Source: a virus
Strand: one strand, 5' to 3'
IMG/VR virus record: IMGVR_UViG_3300049440_000156
Coordinates: 3,705-67,704 of that record
Length of the DNA: 64,000 nucleotides
A program made the position numbers and the translations under genes. The notes beneath the pieces are model-generated. The model was not told the DNA's origin and did not search any database. It worked only from the letters and a program-made list of their open reading frames with translations. Shown piece after piece: positions 38,383-49,230 of the stretch (position 1 is its first letter; each line of letters begins with the position of its first letter).

Positions 38383-39302
38383 TACTTCGGCACCGTCACC
38401 ACGATTTCTGGTGTCCCTAAACTCTCGCTCTGACAGGCCACTTCCTTGACCACGTAGAAGTACGTTTCCCCTGCTTGTACGTCGCTGTCTGTCCATGGAG
38501 AGTTCGGTACTTGAGCTTGAATCAGAGCGTATGGTCCGCCGCTTACCTGAGAGCGGTACACGTTGAAATAGACCACAGTCTGAGCGCAGGGAAACCATCC
38601 GATATCAACTGAGTGAGCCGCCGGTGTTGGCGTTGGTGTGGGCGTTGGGCTCGGTGTGGGGCTTGGCGTAGGAGTCGGTGTAGGAGTCGGGCTAGGACTG
38701 GGGGTCGGTGAAGGCGTTGGGCTCGGAGTAGGGCTGGGAGTTGGCGTAGGCGTTGGTGTCGGGGTAGGCGCCGGCGTCCCGGTCGTCAGTACAACGTCCA
38801 CATAGTAGTTCACGCTCGAATTGAATTGCGGGAATGCCGGCGTCGAGCTGTGCCTGGTCATCCCGCCGCCCGTCGCGATCGTGAACGGTCCATTCTTGTA
38901 CGGACTGATGAAGAAATTGATGTCGCCCGCGGTCGTCGTGCTCGTGGAATGGTTTGAGACCACGTACTTCGTGCCGGCTGTGATCGCCAGGGGTGTATCG
39001 AGCGCCTGCTGCTGCCAGCCGCTTGCCGTTTCGTTCTGGAAGGTAACCCGGGCCAGGAGTATTCCGCCGGTCGTCCAGAGGCTTCCGACGTGAACCCCTG
39101 TATTGGCTGACTCTTTATAGAAGCGGATCGCCGTGATCTGGCCGGCCTGGGAGCTCGAGAATACTTCACCCACCTCAACCGGCAGATTGTCTGGATCAAC
39201 TAATGCAGCACCTTTCGGCGGGTTGGGGAACATTGAACACGGACAGTTCTGCGCCGCGGCTGGCACAGCAAAAAGCATGAACCACAAAAACGCCTTCTTC
39301 AT
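38382..39302 (-). CDS. Secreted DUF4082 + Pro/Thr linker + Fn3-like protein
   Basis: Signal [17 protein letters not shown]|Q; [40 protein letters not shown]; [19 protein letters not shown]. Confidence 0.85.
   Translation of the reverse strand: MKKAFLWFMLFAVPAAAQNCPCSMFPNPPKGAALVDPDNLPVEVGEVFSSSQAGQITAIRFYKESANTGVHVGSLWTTGGILLARVTFQNETASGWQQQALDTPLAITAGTKYVVSNHSTSTTTAGDINFFISPYKNGPFTIATGGGMTRHSSTPAFPQFNSSVNYYVDVVLTTGTPAPTPTPTPTPTPSPTPSPTPSPTPSPSPTPTPTPTPSPTPSPTPTPTPTPAAHSVDIGWFPCAQTVVYFNVYRSQVSGGPYALIQAQVPNSPWTDSDVQAGETYFYVVKEVACQSESLGTPEIVVTVPK
38620..38780 (-). repeat. (PT/PS)n low-complexity linker
   Basis: Translation [14 protein letters not shown]... Confidence 0.9.
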
Positions 39303-39380
39303 CGTGTAACCTTCCAACTTTAGAATTTGAAAATCTCCCTGGGTCTCTTTGATCGGAGTCCCGCCGCGTGTCATTTCCGG

Positions 39381-39782
39381 TTAAACCTCTTTTCCTGACG
39401 TCTGGAATAGTGGCAACCCGATCACATCCACCGGCATGCTGCCTACTTTTCTGAACTTCGTCCCATGCGAAAGCTTGTAATCGACCGTCACCGGCGGCCG
39501 GTCGTCCACGTATCTCCGGTTTCCCTGGTAGCCCTTGACGTACTCCGCGACTCGGGCCTCAAATTCGATCTTGTCCCCTGGTTTGAGGTTTAGTTCTTTC
39601 AACTGCTTCCGCACCACAAACCAGAGATGGTCGGTTACTTCGTTCCCGGCTTCATCCCGTATATCCACCATCAGGACCGTTACGATGGGTGGGCCTTTGT
39701 AGGCTGGCTTTGAGCCAAAGCGCTTGACTGTGGCTGAGAATCTGCCGCGCTTGCCGTTCCGGGATTGAAGCTCTTCACGCAT
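39381..39782 (-). CDS. Hypothetical OB-fold-like phage protein
   Basis: VTDHLWF, LKPGDKIEFEARV.EYVKGY. Confidence 0.65.
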   Translation of the reverse strand: MREELQSRNGKRGRFSATVKRFGSKPAYKGPPIVTVLMVDIRDEAGNEVTDHLWFVVRKQLKELNLKPGDKIEFEARVAEYVKGYQGNRRYVDDRPPVTVDYKLSHGTKFRKVGSMPVDVIGLPLFQTSGKEV

Positions 39783-39797
39783 GTTTTTATTTGGGGC

Positions 39798-40454
39798 TTA
39801 TATACTTAAGTCCCTAACCCTCATTGCATCTAAATCAAGAACAAACGATGCTGGCACTGGACGGCAGGCCCTATCTCCTGGCTGCATCCCGTATTTTTCT
39901 CGCCATTCACGGCGTTCCATAATCTGAAAATCGAACCATTCGTCAAACTGCATCGTCCAGATTTCCAGTGATTCCCCATAGACGCCGTGCTGGTAACTGT
40001 TTGCAATCAACACAGCATCCGTAGCCTTATCGGGTTCGCCGTGACGTTCCAGTACGATGCCCCGGCAGTCCATGAACGCACCGTATGACTCGACACGGAA
40101 ATTGGAGTCGAGCTTTGACAGACCCATGCGCTCTTGATTTTCCCGAAGAGCTTCGGCGACAGCGCACAGATTGCAACTATGCCCTTCGCTGCGCTTGATG
40201 CAGTCCTTTGTGATTGGAACAGCAAATAGGCGGTGCGATTTCAGCAACGTGATTCTGGCTTTAGCCCCGCTCCACATAGCACCAAGCGATGCACTTAGCC
40301 GTCGCGGGCTTTCTTCGACTCCAGCCAAAACACCGTCACGATACATAGCGAGTTTGTATTCCCAAAACTTACGATGGTCACCGTATTCAACTTTGTGCGG
40401 GAATACCCTGAAAGTCATTGAGTCACTCATCTTGCGTCCCTCCAAGGGAGTCAC
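39798..40454 (-). CDS. Hypothetical protein
   Basis: 218-aa ORF. Confidence 0.55.
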   Translation of the reverse strand: MTPLEGRKMSDSMTFRVFPHKVEYGDHRKFWEYKLAMYRDGVLAGVEESPRRLSASLGAMWSGAKARITLLKSHRLFAVPITKDCIKRSEGHSCNLCAVAEALRENQERMGLSKLDSNFRVESYGAFMDCRGIVLERHGEPDKATDAVLIANSYQHGVYGESLEIWTMQFDEWFDFQIMERREWREKYGMQPGDRACRPVPASFVLDLDAMRVRDLSI

Positions 40455-40469
40455 CTATATAATTCCCTT

Positions 40470-40769
40470 TTATTTGCTACAGTCGTGCTCCGTGGCTGCT
40501 TTGGCCATCTCTGCTGCGATCCTTTTCCGGATTGCCTCCAGGATGTCGTAAGCCTCCAGCGCTGCCGGCCCTTGGTTGATGCCGGTTTCCATGTATTCCT
40601 TCAAGACGTCACATACCAGGACAACATCGCCCGCTCCCATCTCGCGGAGATCAAACAACTGAAGCGCTTCTGTTATTACGCGCGAATACCGCGCCAAAAG
40701 AACTTTTTCGATAGAAACTGACATAAGGTCTTGAAGCCCAGGCAAAGATTTGTCGTTAAGCGTCGTCAT
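40470..40769 (-). CDS. Hypothetical protein (MTTLNDKS...)
   Basis: ATGA overlap with the Fis-like ORF. Confidence 0.5.
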   Translation of the reverse strand: MTTLNDKSLPGLQDLMSVSIEKVLLARYSRVITEALQLFDLREMGAGDVVLVCDVLKEYMETGINQGPAALEAYDILEAIRKRIAAEMAKAATEHDCSK

Positions 40770-40969
40770 GCTTGTCTCGCTCCTGCGGCCGCTGCCATCG
40801 CTGCCGGCTGGGCCGGCTTCCGGACTGGCACCCGCCCACTTGTTCTCATCTGCCGTACATCCAGCTTCAATTCCACGACCGTGCGACTGAGCGTGTTCCG
40901 GTGCATCCCCATCTCCCTGGCTGCTTTGCAGCGGTGACTTCTTGTCTGCCAAAAAATACTTGTGCGCAT
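40766..40969 (-). CDS. Fis-family HTH
   Basis: HRCKAAREMGMHRNTLSRT. Confidence 0.7.
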   Translation of the reverse strand: MRTSIFWQTRSHRCKAAREMGMHRNTLSRTVVELKLDVRQMRTSGRVPVRKPAQPAAMAAAAGARQA

Positions 40970-41249
40970 ACTCGGCAGACTGAAAAATTACGCTAACCAC
41001 TCGCTGCCACTTTTCTTTTTCCTCGCCCGAAACAGAATCAAATTTGGGGAGCAACGGCTTAATGGCCTGAGCGAGTTCAGCGGCGAGATCGAGCGCTCCA
41101 TCCGTGATGCGGAGTTGGGCATGGGCCTCCACCAAGCGCGTATAAAGCCAGTCGCGCTCTGGTGTCGGTTTGCCGGCCGCGATGAACGCCTCGCAAATTG
41201 AAGCTCTGATTTCGCCGTAAATCGGATCATTTGCAATCTTTGTCGTCAT
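40950..41249 (-). CDS. Hypothetical protein; 3' end ambiguous (possible frameshift into the Fis frame)
   Basis: ATGA-coupled start; the frame has no stop until 40470. Confidence 0.45.
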
Positions 41250-41515
41250 TGCTCTCCTCCCATGGCTTTCTTTAAGTCGTAGATTGAGTTGGGCATGGGA
41301 GTCGTAAACTTCAGAGCCTCAAAAATCTTTGTAGTGGCTTCGTAGTACGGCAGCGCCCGCCGTGTGAAGCCCTGACCTATCTGCTTCAGCTCAACAGGCC
41401 CGCGTCTGCAGGTTGGACACATTCCTGAAATCTCCAACTCCCGCGCTACTCTGCGGAAGAAGCCATGCTGTGGACAGGTGCCTTCAAGAACTACACAGGG
41501 GATGAGTGGGTTCAT
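41246..41515 (-). CDS. Small zinc-ribbon protein
   Basis: CPQH...CPTC. Confidence 0.5.
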   Translation of the reverse strand: MNPLIPCVVLEGTCPQHGFFRRVARELEISGMCPTCRRGPVELKQIGQGFTRRALPYYEATTKIFEALKFTTPMPNSIYDLKKAMGGEQ

Positions 41516-41684
41516 GCGGTCTGCTCCAATGCGCGATTTATCAGTTCCTTGTCTCGCCGTCTCAACCCTGAGATGGTCGTCTCCGAACGGCGTTTTCTTT
41601 CTTCGTCATTCCAGCGCTCCAGATGCTCCGCCCGAGCCTTTGCCCGTTGGCGCTCTCTCATTGCAGCCTGTTCTCGCTGTAAGT

Positions 41685-42506
41685 TCATGCGGTCTCCTTC
41701 GCTGGGAAAAGTTTCTTCTGGGATTTCGGAGTCATGTCGATCCCAAAGCGCTCTTTGAGTTCTTCTCGTTGCCAATCGTCCGGGTAGACTGTTTGCACTG
41801 TGTCGTAGCCGTACTTGTCAGCCACTTCCCAGAGAAGCTTCTTTCGTTCGACTGCAGCGCGCATAATATTGCCGCTGGGGGGGAAAGCGATCATCATCAC
41901 GTTGCCGCTCATCACTCGCAGAAGTCTGGCTGGACGGACCCACAATTCCCACTCCGCACTATGCATCTTTGTCTTGAGTTCTTCCTTGATCTTCAGCCAA
42001 ACCTCTACCTCATCGCGGCGCAAGCCGTGTTGGTTTTGGTTAGCTTTAGGTTCTTCTAACGGTTCTTCCTTATTGCATTGCTCGTCACTGCACCCTTTTT
42101 CGTCGTCTACTGCACCCTTTGGCGCACCAACTGCACCCTTCGGCGGTGCCAAGGATGCAGTAGCGACATCCTTTCTGCGCTTACGAAAGAATGCAGTTCT
42201 TGCACCCTTCCTTTCCCATTCTGTTTTCCTTGGGAATACATCCAAATTCAGGAGGTAGCGGACAAAATTGCCAGCGCCACCCTTCTCGTTTTCAATCGGG
42301 AGCAGAGCCCCACTCTCTTTCCATCTCGCTTTATAGAGTTGGACGGTACGTAGGGGTATGCCGGTCAGCCACACGAGGTAATCGTTCGAGGGGTGTATGT
42401 TGTCGCCTTCATGATTGGAAATATCCGCGATCGCCAGCAACAGAAGTTTCTCTGGCCCTGACACGTCCAGTTCTTGCCACACAATGTCGGTGCAGCGTGT
42501 GCTCAT
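41685..42506 (-). CDS. Replication initiator (N-terminal wHTH, C-terminal DnaA-N-like domain)
   Basis: EKLLLLAIAD.....IHPSNDYL; WLKIKEELK......WELWVRP; iterons inside the gene. Confidence 0.8.
   Translation of the reverse strand: MSTRCTDIVWQELDVSGPEKLLLLAIADISNHEGDNIHPSNDYLVWLTGIPLRTVQLYKARWKESGALLPIENEKGGAGNFVRYLLNLDVFPRKTEWERKGARTAFFRKRRKDVATASLAPPKGAVGAPKGAVDDEKGCSDEQCNKEEPLEEPKANQNQHGLRRDEVEVWLKIKEELKTKMHSAEWELWVRPARLLRVMSGNVMMIAFPPSGNIMRAAVERKKLLWEVADKYGYDTVQTVYPDDWQREELKERFGIDMTPKSQKKLFPAKETA
42087..42209. repeat. Iterons / replication origin
   Basis: ACTGCACCCTT at 42087, 42109 and 42130; TGCACCCTT at 42201; within the initiator linker as in lambda O. Confidence 0.75.
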
Positions 42507-43225
42507 CCCGTTGCTCTCTCCTGCTTCAAGATCGCCATCGCCTGCAGCCACTGAGTGATAGGCGGTCTCTTCCAGTGCCAGTACGCCAGAGGGTTCCGTA
42601 ATTGACTCGGAAGCTTTCTCCAGCATCCGACACAGAACCAGTCCTTCCGGTCCCGTTTCGGCATCTCGCATACCGGGCAGGCCGTGGCGTTCCATGCGTC
42701 CTGCATTCTGTCGATAGGTTTCTTCTCCAGCCCCTTGCGCAACAGCGATGCACCGCACGGCTTTTCTCTGTCTGTTCCGCGAAAGTGCACATATTCCCCG
42801 GCATCGTTCTTTGCCGCAATACATCCGTTCGCACACCAGGCGCAGAGAACGGCAAAGCGTTCTTCCTGCGCCGGCGTGAATGTATCCTGCGATGCCATCT
42901 ATTTCCCCGCGTTTTTGTCCCGAATCACGCGGCTCTTTAGTGTGTCGAGCACCGCCATTCCGGCCTGAGTTATAAAATTCATGCCGTTCCATGACGACGC
43001 CAACCCCAGAGAACAGAGCGTTTGTCGAGCAGCTTTCGAAATCAGATAGCCATCCCACACGGCGGCCTTTCCCAATTGCTCAAGCTGCTCAAGTTCAGCA
43101 GAACCCAGGATCGGCAGCATTGCCAGCCTGTCGTTAGGATCCGCATCGTAGAGGCGTGCCGCCAGGTCAGAAGACTTGCACGCCCACTCTCGGAACACTT
43201 CTTGCGTTGTACGTTGCGCCATCAC
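42503..43225 (-). CDS. Two hypothetical genes (42503-42898 Cys-rich; 42899-43225)
   Basis: Coupled ORFs. Confidence 0.55.
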
Positions 43226-45120
43226 TTCTTCCCTTTGGCCTTCTTCTTGGCTGGCTTTGATTTCTGTTTTGCTTTGTTCGCGCGCTCGACTACGGCCTTG
43301 TTGTCTGGCTGCTTGCTTGCCTTGGCCGCTTTCTCCTTCTCGGTCTTAGGTCGTTTCGACTCCAATTGAGCCTTGGCTGCATCCAAGAGCTTCTGGTCGT
43401 CGATCTTGTAAGCTTTGGCCGCGATCTTAAGGGCCGACTCTTTATCTAATTCGCCACCCCATGCCACTTCGCCAGTTCCCAGGTCTTCGACGAGAGCACA
43501 CACGACAATGAAGCGCATCAGGGCATCACCCTTAAGCTTTCGCATATGCAGTTCAAGTGATTCCGGGTCGGCCTCTTTAAGGCCAAACACACGGCCTACT
43601 TTCTCGTGGCCGTGATGCGGCAGGGTCTTCATGATGTGCTCTGCCACAAGCGCTGCTTCCTGATCGCCGATCTTCCCCGGCAGCTTTGTCGCAATCAGCT
43701 TCAGTAGTTCATCGCGGTAGACGTACTGGACTTTCTGTTCCCAGATTTCCTTCTTCCGCTCAAAGGTGATCGGGTCACGCGATCCGCCACCACCGCCTGA
43801 TGAATAACCGTGGTTCTTGCAGCCTTCGGTGATGCAGATGGCCGTGATCTTCCCAATGTGAATGCCGTCCACCCAGATCGCCTTCGTTTCCTGCTTGCAG
43901 CCCGGCTTCACCACGTTGTAGTCGTCGGCGTAGAGAACGTCTTTCTTCTCTGCGCCCTTCGGCATCTGGTCCTCGCGTAGTGTGCTGATCTTCTGGATTT
44001 GGACTGGCGGCTCGGATTTCTTTGGCGTTGCCGTAACGCCTGCGCCGGCAGCGGCCAGTGCAGCCGATGAACTGTAACCGGCTCCCAATGGCTTTACGCC
44101 TGGCGGTAACGTTGCCGGCTTTGCTGCCGCTGCAGGAGGAGGAGGCGCCACTTGTCGTTGCGCTTCGGCAATCTTGAGCTGCACCAAAGCCTCTTTCTTG
44201 GCTTCATAGCAGCCTGGGTCGGTACAGGTGTCGCCCTTCTTTACTTCCTGTGCATCGGAAAACAATCCGGGATCCGCGCCAGTCCGCTTTGGGCAGTTGA
44301 TGCAGGCAGGAACGCCTTTAACCAGGAACTCATCCTTGGTGTCGAATGGCGCTTTCGTTAGATCGATGTGGATGTTGTTCCCGATCCACTCCCGCAGCCG
44401 GCGAACGCTCATGGAAGACTCGGCGGCCTTGTCCTTGGCAACCTCTTTTACCGACTCGTACTCTTCTTCGTCGTACTGGTTGATGAAGCAGGCCAGGAAG
44501 ATTTGCTCCTGCTGCTTCGGTTGATACTTCGCGATCTCCATGGCCACGCTGCTGTTGATCTTCCCGTCCTGGCAGGCCTTCTGGATATCCGGGATAAGCT
44601 GGTTGGTCTGGAGGATGGCGCACACTGCTGAATAGGACTTCTTTACCCGGTCGGCGATCATCTCGCGCGTATAGGGCTTGCCCTCGTCGTTCTTTTCCCC
44701 CAGGAGCGCCCGGTAGGTCCGGTTCAGCTCCAGAACATGCACGTCCTCGCGCTGGCCGTTCTCCATCAGCGTCCATTCGATTGCCTGGGCGTCTGACAGC
44801 TCTTTGACAATGGACTTGATGGTTGTGCGCGGGAACTTCAGCCGCTTGACCGCATCTTTCGATGCCAGCCAGCGCCGCTCCCCGGCTACGAGCTGGTACT
44901 TGGCGGATCCGTTCTTTACCGGCCGCAGGATCACCGGCTCCATGACTCCATCCGTCAGGACGATGGTGCCGGCCAACTCCTCCAGAGCTTGTTGGTTGAA
45001 TTGTTTACGGTTCCAGGGAGATGGTTCGATCTGATCGAGCGGAATCTCCACCATGGCGGTCGCCGCGATCGCCGGAAATACCGGCGTCTCTGGCTTTGAA
45101 GGTGTAACAGTAGTGCTCAT
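43222..45120 (-). CDS. ParB/RepB/Spo0J-family protein (long, Cys-containing)
   Basis: IPLDQIEPSPWNRK.F...LEELA, YQLVAGERRWLA, ENGQRED, HTH. Confidence 0.9.
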   Translation of the reverse strand: MSTTVTPSKPETPVFPAIAATAMVEIPLDQIEPSPWNRKQFNQQALEELAGTIVLTDGVMEPVILRPVKNGSAKYQLVAGERRWLASKDAVKRLKFPRTTIKSIVKELSDAQAIEWTLMENGQREDVHVLELNRTYRALLGEKNDEGKPYTREMIADRVKKSYSAVCAILQTNQLIPDIQKACQDGKINSSVAMEIAKYQPKQQEQIFLACFINQYDEEEYESVKEVAKDKAAESSMSVRRLREWIGNNIHIDLTKAPFDTKDEFLVKGVPACINCPKRTGADPGLFSDAQEVKKGDTCTDPGCYEAKKEALVQLKIAEAQRQVAPPPPAAAAKPATLPPGVKPLGAGYSSSAALAAAGAGVTATPKKSEPPVQIQKISTLREDQMPKGAEKKDVLYADDYNVVKPGCKQETKAIWVDGIHIGKITAICITEGCKNHGYSSGGGGGSRDPITFERKKEIWEQKVQYVYRDELLKLIATKLPGKIGDQEAALVAEHIMKTLPHHGHEKVGRVFGLKEADPESLELHMRKLKGDALMRFIVVCALVEDLGTGEVAWGGELDKESALKIAAKAYKIDDQKLLDAAKAQLESKRPKTEKEKAAKASKQPDNKAVVERANKAKQKSKPAKKKAKGKK

Positions 45121-45182
45121 GAAGTTGTTATCCTCTTTTCTTTGCCGCAGTCGTGCTGCGTTGAAACTTGAATCTGGGTCCC

Positions 45183-45737
45183 TTACCCGGTAGTCACTTC
45201 GCTGGCGTGGTCGGGTGGTTGAATCCCTGGCCGCATTACGGTTTGTCCGCTCCTGATGTGCGCATGCCAATTGCGCAGAGCGGCTGCGCTGCTGATGCAG
45301 TGATGTTTTGCTTTGTCGAGGTCTCCAGCCTTCAGTGAGGCAAGAGCTTTACCGGCGAGGTAGCCAAGCAACCAGAACCAGTCCTCCGGGGATTTTCCGG
45401 AATCGTGTTCCGTACCCCAGCGTTGCACCTGGTGGACTGCTTCGAATGGAACCGCCTTGTCGAAGTCTTCTATCTCTGGCGTGTTGAGCAGCGCTGTCAG
45501 TTCTGACAGGCGGTCGCTGATCGTGGCCGCCTGTTCCTTCCAGCTCACATGAACCATCATCGTGCCGTCGTTTGGGCAGAGGTCGCTCTCGCGATCCTGT
45601 TCAGTTGTCCCCATGTTCCCTGTGGCAACATTCATGGTTGTTTTGCTCAGGACAAACTCGCACGTAGGGCAGCGAAACAACCCAGGGATAAAAGCCAATC
45701 GGTAAAGGTCCGGGACTTCAGTCTCATTTGCCATCAC
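45183..45737 (-). CDS. Hypothetical zinc-finger protein
   Basis: CPTC...CPND. Confidence 0.6.
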   Translation of the reverse strand: MMANETEVPDLYRLAFIPGLFRCPTCEFVLSKTTMNVATGNMGTTEQDRESDLCPNDGTMMVHVSWKEQAATISDRLSELTALLNTPEIEDFDKAVPFEAVHQVQRWGTEHDSGKSPEDWFWLLGYLAGKALASLKAGDLDKAKHHCISSAAALRNWHAHIRSGQTVMRPGIQPPDHASEVTTG

Positions 45738-45971
45738 TCATCCCTCCAACTCCGCCTTGATTTCCTTCTGCTTCACTCTTCTGCGCTTTCCTGACGTCTG
45801 GACTACCTTCATTTGGTTCCAGTCGTAATCGAACTCTTTACCGCACTCCAGGCAGACAACGTAGATACCTGTGAGCCAGCGCCAGCCGAAGCGTTCGTAC
45901 TTGCGCCGGCGGATTGGGAAACTCAAGTTCCTATGTCGGCAGCCGAAGAGCCAATTGAGCACGTAGTCCAT
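45738..45971 (-). CDS. Small zinc-binding protein
   Basis: LFGCRH.NLSFP...YVVCLECGKEFDYDW. Confidence 0.7.
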   Translation of the reverse strand: MDYVLNWLFGCRHRNLSFPIRRRKYERFGWRWLTGIYVVCLECGKEFDYDWNQMKVVQTSGKRRRVKQKEIKAELEG

Positions 45972-46241
45972 TCAGCCCTTGGCCACCATGGCCTTCGGCT
46001 TCTTCCCTTCCACCAGTTTCACCATGTCGCCTACGGTCTTGACTCGCTCGAATTCGTCTTCGCTGATCTCGGGAATGCCAAACTCGTCTTCAAGCGCCAT
46101 GGACAGCTCAGCTATGTCTATGGAATCGAGGCCTAAGTCTTCCCTCAGGTCCGCGCTGGGGGTGATTTCATTTGAGTCCAGCAGGAAGATGGGATTCGAG
46201 AGAACTTCTTTTACGCGTTCGTAGCTTGATTCGGCTTTCAC
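45972..46241 (-). CDS. acpP: Acyl carrier protein
   Basis: DLGLDSIDIAELSMALEDEFGI.EISEDE...KTVGD with phosphopantetheine Ser. Confidence 0.85.
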   Translation of the reverse strand: MKAESSYERVKEVLSNPIFLLDSNEITPSADLREDLGLDSIDIAELSMALEDEFGIPEISEDEFERVKTVGDMVKLVEGKKPKAMVAKG

Positions 46242-48595
46242 TGGTATCCCTCCACGATCTTCAAAACAACAAGTACGACAAAAAACGCTATTGCCAGCAG
46301 CGCAAACAATCCGGGCCAGCCAAATGTTTTTCTTTCGGGCATCCCTGGTTCTGACCAAACCGCCATACACTCCCCTTGGCAGCCGCGCTCAAAGCAGTTA
46401 AGGCATATCTTTCTTTGCTGCGCGCGATAGTCTTCCATCTGGTTATCCAGGTTGATGAGCGAGGGAGGTATGCGTGTCTGGTCGAGTTTTGAGTTGCTTG
46501 ACATCGTAAAGTTCTTTCTTTTATTTGCTACAGTCGTGCTCCGTGGCTGCTTTCTTCTGGGTCCCTTACCCGGCAACCTGATCTTCTGTTGGCTGCTTTT
46601 TCAGCTGGCCTTGCTTATCGCCTTTCCGTATTCGATGGCCCGCTTTAAACTTCCACGGAAATTCCGCGAATCCTTCACAGCCACATGCGCAAGGTCTCGG
46701 TTCTGCTTTTGGGAGCGTATTTGTCGCCTCTATATACGCTTCTACAAAAGTCCTGCGAAGCATCAGGTAGAGACGATTGCGCATATCTACAGACAGAGTA
46801 TTCATGCAGGCATTGCAAAACGGATTACCACGGCCCTTGGTCTTCCCGCACTGGCACAAGCTGCCCATCACGAGATAAAAAGTATTTTTAATTTGATCTA
46901 TCGAAACGCGATTCCCGGTTTCAATGCTTATAGATTTTTCGGTTGACATTCCAACTCTCCTTCTAAAACTTGTCGTTTACCTCGTGGTCACACCAGCCGA
47001 AGGCCTTGGCAAAAGGCCACATGCACACAGCTATCGCGATCCAGAACCAGTCTGGGAAGCGGTTGAGGATGCGGGAGAGCCGATTCACCGGCCAACCTCC
47101 AACAGTTCGCAGACATCTTGAACCTGAGCGGGAGTAGGCTCTTCCGGTTCAACGGAGCGCACATAGGCCGCTACGTCTTCGATGGTCTTTACGCCTTGGT
47201 TCACATTGATGTATAGAGCAGTGATCTCCATCAAGTGCCGCGGAGTGAGCCACGGCCACACCTGCACAACCGTTTGTGATTCATCTGGAGAGAAAGCCTC
47301 AGGCGAGGACCCGGCGGCCCTGGCATCAGCTATGAATCCTTCTGCGAGCCCAGCAGCCAACAATGCGCCACCAAAAGCGCATCCGCATGATCCATCTGCG
47401 GAGAGCCACATCCACGGACTATGTTTCTTCAGTGAGTCACCTAAGATGATTGCCTGACTAAGCTGCAACATTTGCCGTCTCCTTCTTGGGGCATGGTTTT
47501 CCGCCTGCGTTGTGTGATTTCATGTGGCATTCGTGGCGCATCCACTTCACGCGATGGAGTTCGTCTGATTTACGAGGACCGTGTTCGTTGTGGGCGAGTT
47601 CACCTTTGGCTTTTAATCCAAGCGCCCTGATGCCGAACGGTGCTGGCCTGCCGCAGCCACACTCGCACTTTGCAGTCCTGCTGTAGTCGTCAAGGCCGCC
47701 AGCGCGTCGATATGCCGCCCATTGCAACTCAAGGTAATCATGACCGTACAACCTATGTCTTCCGCCCTTCGTGATGTAGCTCTTTGGATCTATCCATTCG
47801 GGCAGACGGTTTACGCGGCGACCAGATGGCTGTCCGGCCACCGCTGAGTTTCTCTGGTATTTCGTTTTAACTCTCGGTTTATTTGCGCATTTAGGCAGGG
47901 CCTCCTTTCGTAAGGAACCACGCCGGAAGCGCGGCTTCGCTGGTGCGAATTTCGTGCGGCGAGTGATTAACCGCGGTCGATATGGGTGGATAGGGTTCAC
48001 GCTGCCGCTTTCCAATCCAGAAACGGCACTTCTTCTTCCCTCTTCCACCAGCGCAATCGCAATCCGCGAAAGCCTGGTATTGGTTCAGGAACCGTGCAAG
48101 CTACAGCGCCACCACGCCGACAGATAATCCATTGCTCACCGTCTGCCGTTTTATCGACTCGCGTGACGGGAGCCCAGCCGCGCAGCTTTCCGTGAGCCAC
48201 GACATAGAAGCGATCACCGGGCTTAATGCTTGCCGCAAGATGGTGCCCCGTATACCAGCCCCACTCTTCTCCCGTTTCAGGATCTCCAGCAGCATCGCCT
48301 TCGGCGATCCACTCTTCCCAGAAACTCTTCGGACATGTTCCAACCAGATCGGCCATTACACTTTTGCCTCGTACCACTTCCCTGTTCCTGGCGGGACTGT
48401 CATGATGTCGCCGCTCTTTAACTTCTTTAGCAGCGGGCTTTGAAAGCTTGAGTTCGGCTGCAATTCAACCGTCCAGCCGTTAAGTCCGTCTTCTGAAGTA
48501 AGCACAAAGCCCTGGCCGAATTTAGTGCGTAGGTAGTAGGTGGCTCCTGGCTTTAAAAGGCTTTCGTGGATCGGCTGGTATCCGACGAGATTCAT
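46238..48595 (-). CDS. Run of small hypothetical genes (46238-46504, 46566-46949, 46963-47088, 47085-47471, 47458-48000, 47997-48356, 48356-48595)
   Basis: Mostly overlapping start/stop codons; 47458-48000 has an HNH-like Cys/His pattern. Confidence 0.55.
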
Positions 48596-49230
48596 AGCCA
48601 CCTCAGCGCGGCGTAGTTGATGGCTAGGTGCAACGTGTTGTCAGCGATGATCAGCAACCAAGTAGAAAGCCAGACTGGAGTTGTTGGCGGGTGTCCAGTT
48701 GGACAAGCCCAAAGCGGAGGCGTTGGAGCCAAAAAGCATTCATATTCTGAATACTTTGCGTACTGACTACCTGGGTGATCCTGTATCCACATGTCACAGT
48801 TCCAGTGGTAATACCATTTTTGCTTCGGCCCCATCCAGTTCTTAGCCCAGACCACATACCTTGCCAACCTGAAGCGGTTTATCAGGAAGTGGGTGGAGAA
48901 GATCACCAGCCAGGGAAGCCAGCGGAAATAGCCTTTGTGGACGATATCTACAGCCGGTCGTGTCGCGTAAACGTTGTACCCGTGGGCGTTTTCTGGAATT
49001 CGCAATCCTTCAGACACACACGGTGTTTCTCCCCCTCTGCCGTCGAGGTAGGTGATGCACGGCGGGTTGTGAACCATCACATATCCTGGAATCCAGCAGA
49101 GCCACACAAAGCAGAGCGAGTACAGCAGCGCATGCACCAGCGCCGGCCAGCTCCGCTTGGTCTTGTTCTGCGCCATCCAGTCCGATTGCAGGATGTAATC
49201 GCCGAAGAGGTGCGCTAAGAGTTGGGTCAT
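48592..49230 (-). CDS. DUF3307-like membrane protein
   Basis: LLAHLFGDYILQSDWMA..K, HALLY, THFLI, DNTLH. Confidence 0.8.
   Translation of the reverse strand: MTQLLAHLFGDYILQSDWMAQNKTKRSWPALVHALLYSLCFVWLCWIPGYVMVHNPPCITYLDGRGGETPCVSEGLRIPENAHGYNVYATRPAVDIVHKGYFRWLPWLVIFSTHFLINRFRLARYVVWAKNWMGPKQKWYYHWNCDMWIQDHPGSQYAKYSEYECFLAPTPPLWACPTGHPPTTPVWLSTWLLIIADNTLHLAINYAALRWL

Noticed and set aside
31609-43058. Long N-terminal extensions given by the ORF track for endolysin, ASCH, nuclease and initiator
   Set aside because: They overlap real upstream genes; internal starts coupled to upstream stop codons fit better.
40467-46553. 36-bp repeat as DGR TR/VR or attL/attR
   Set aside because: The copies are identical, with no adenine-specific differences, no reverse transcriptase and no adjacent recombinase.
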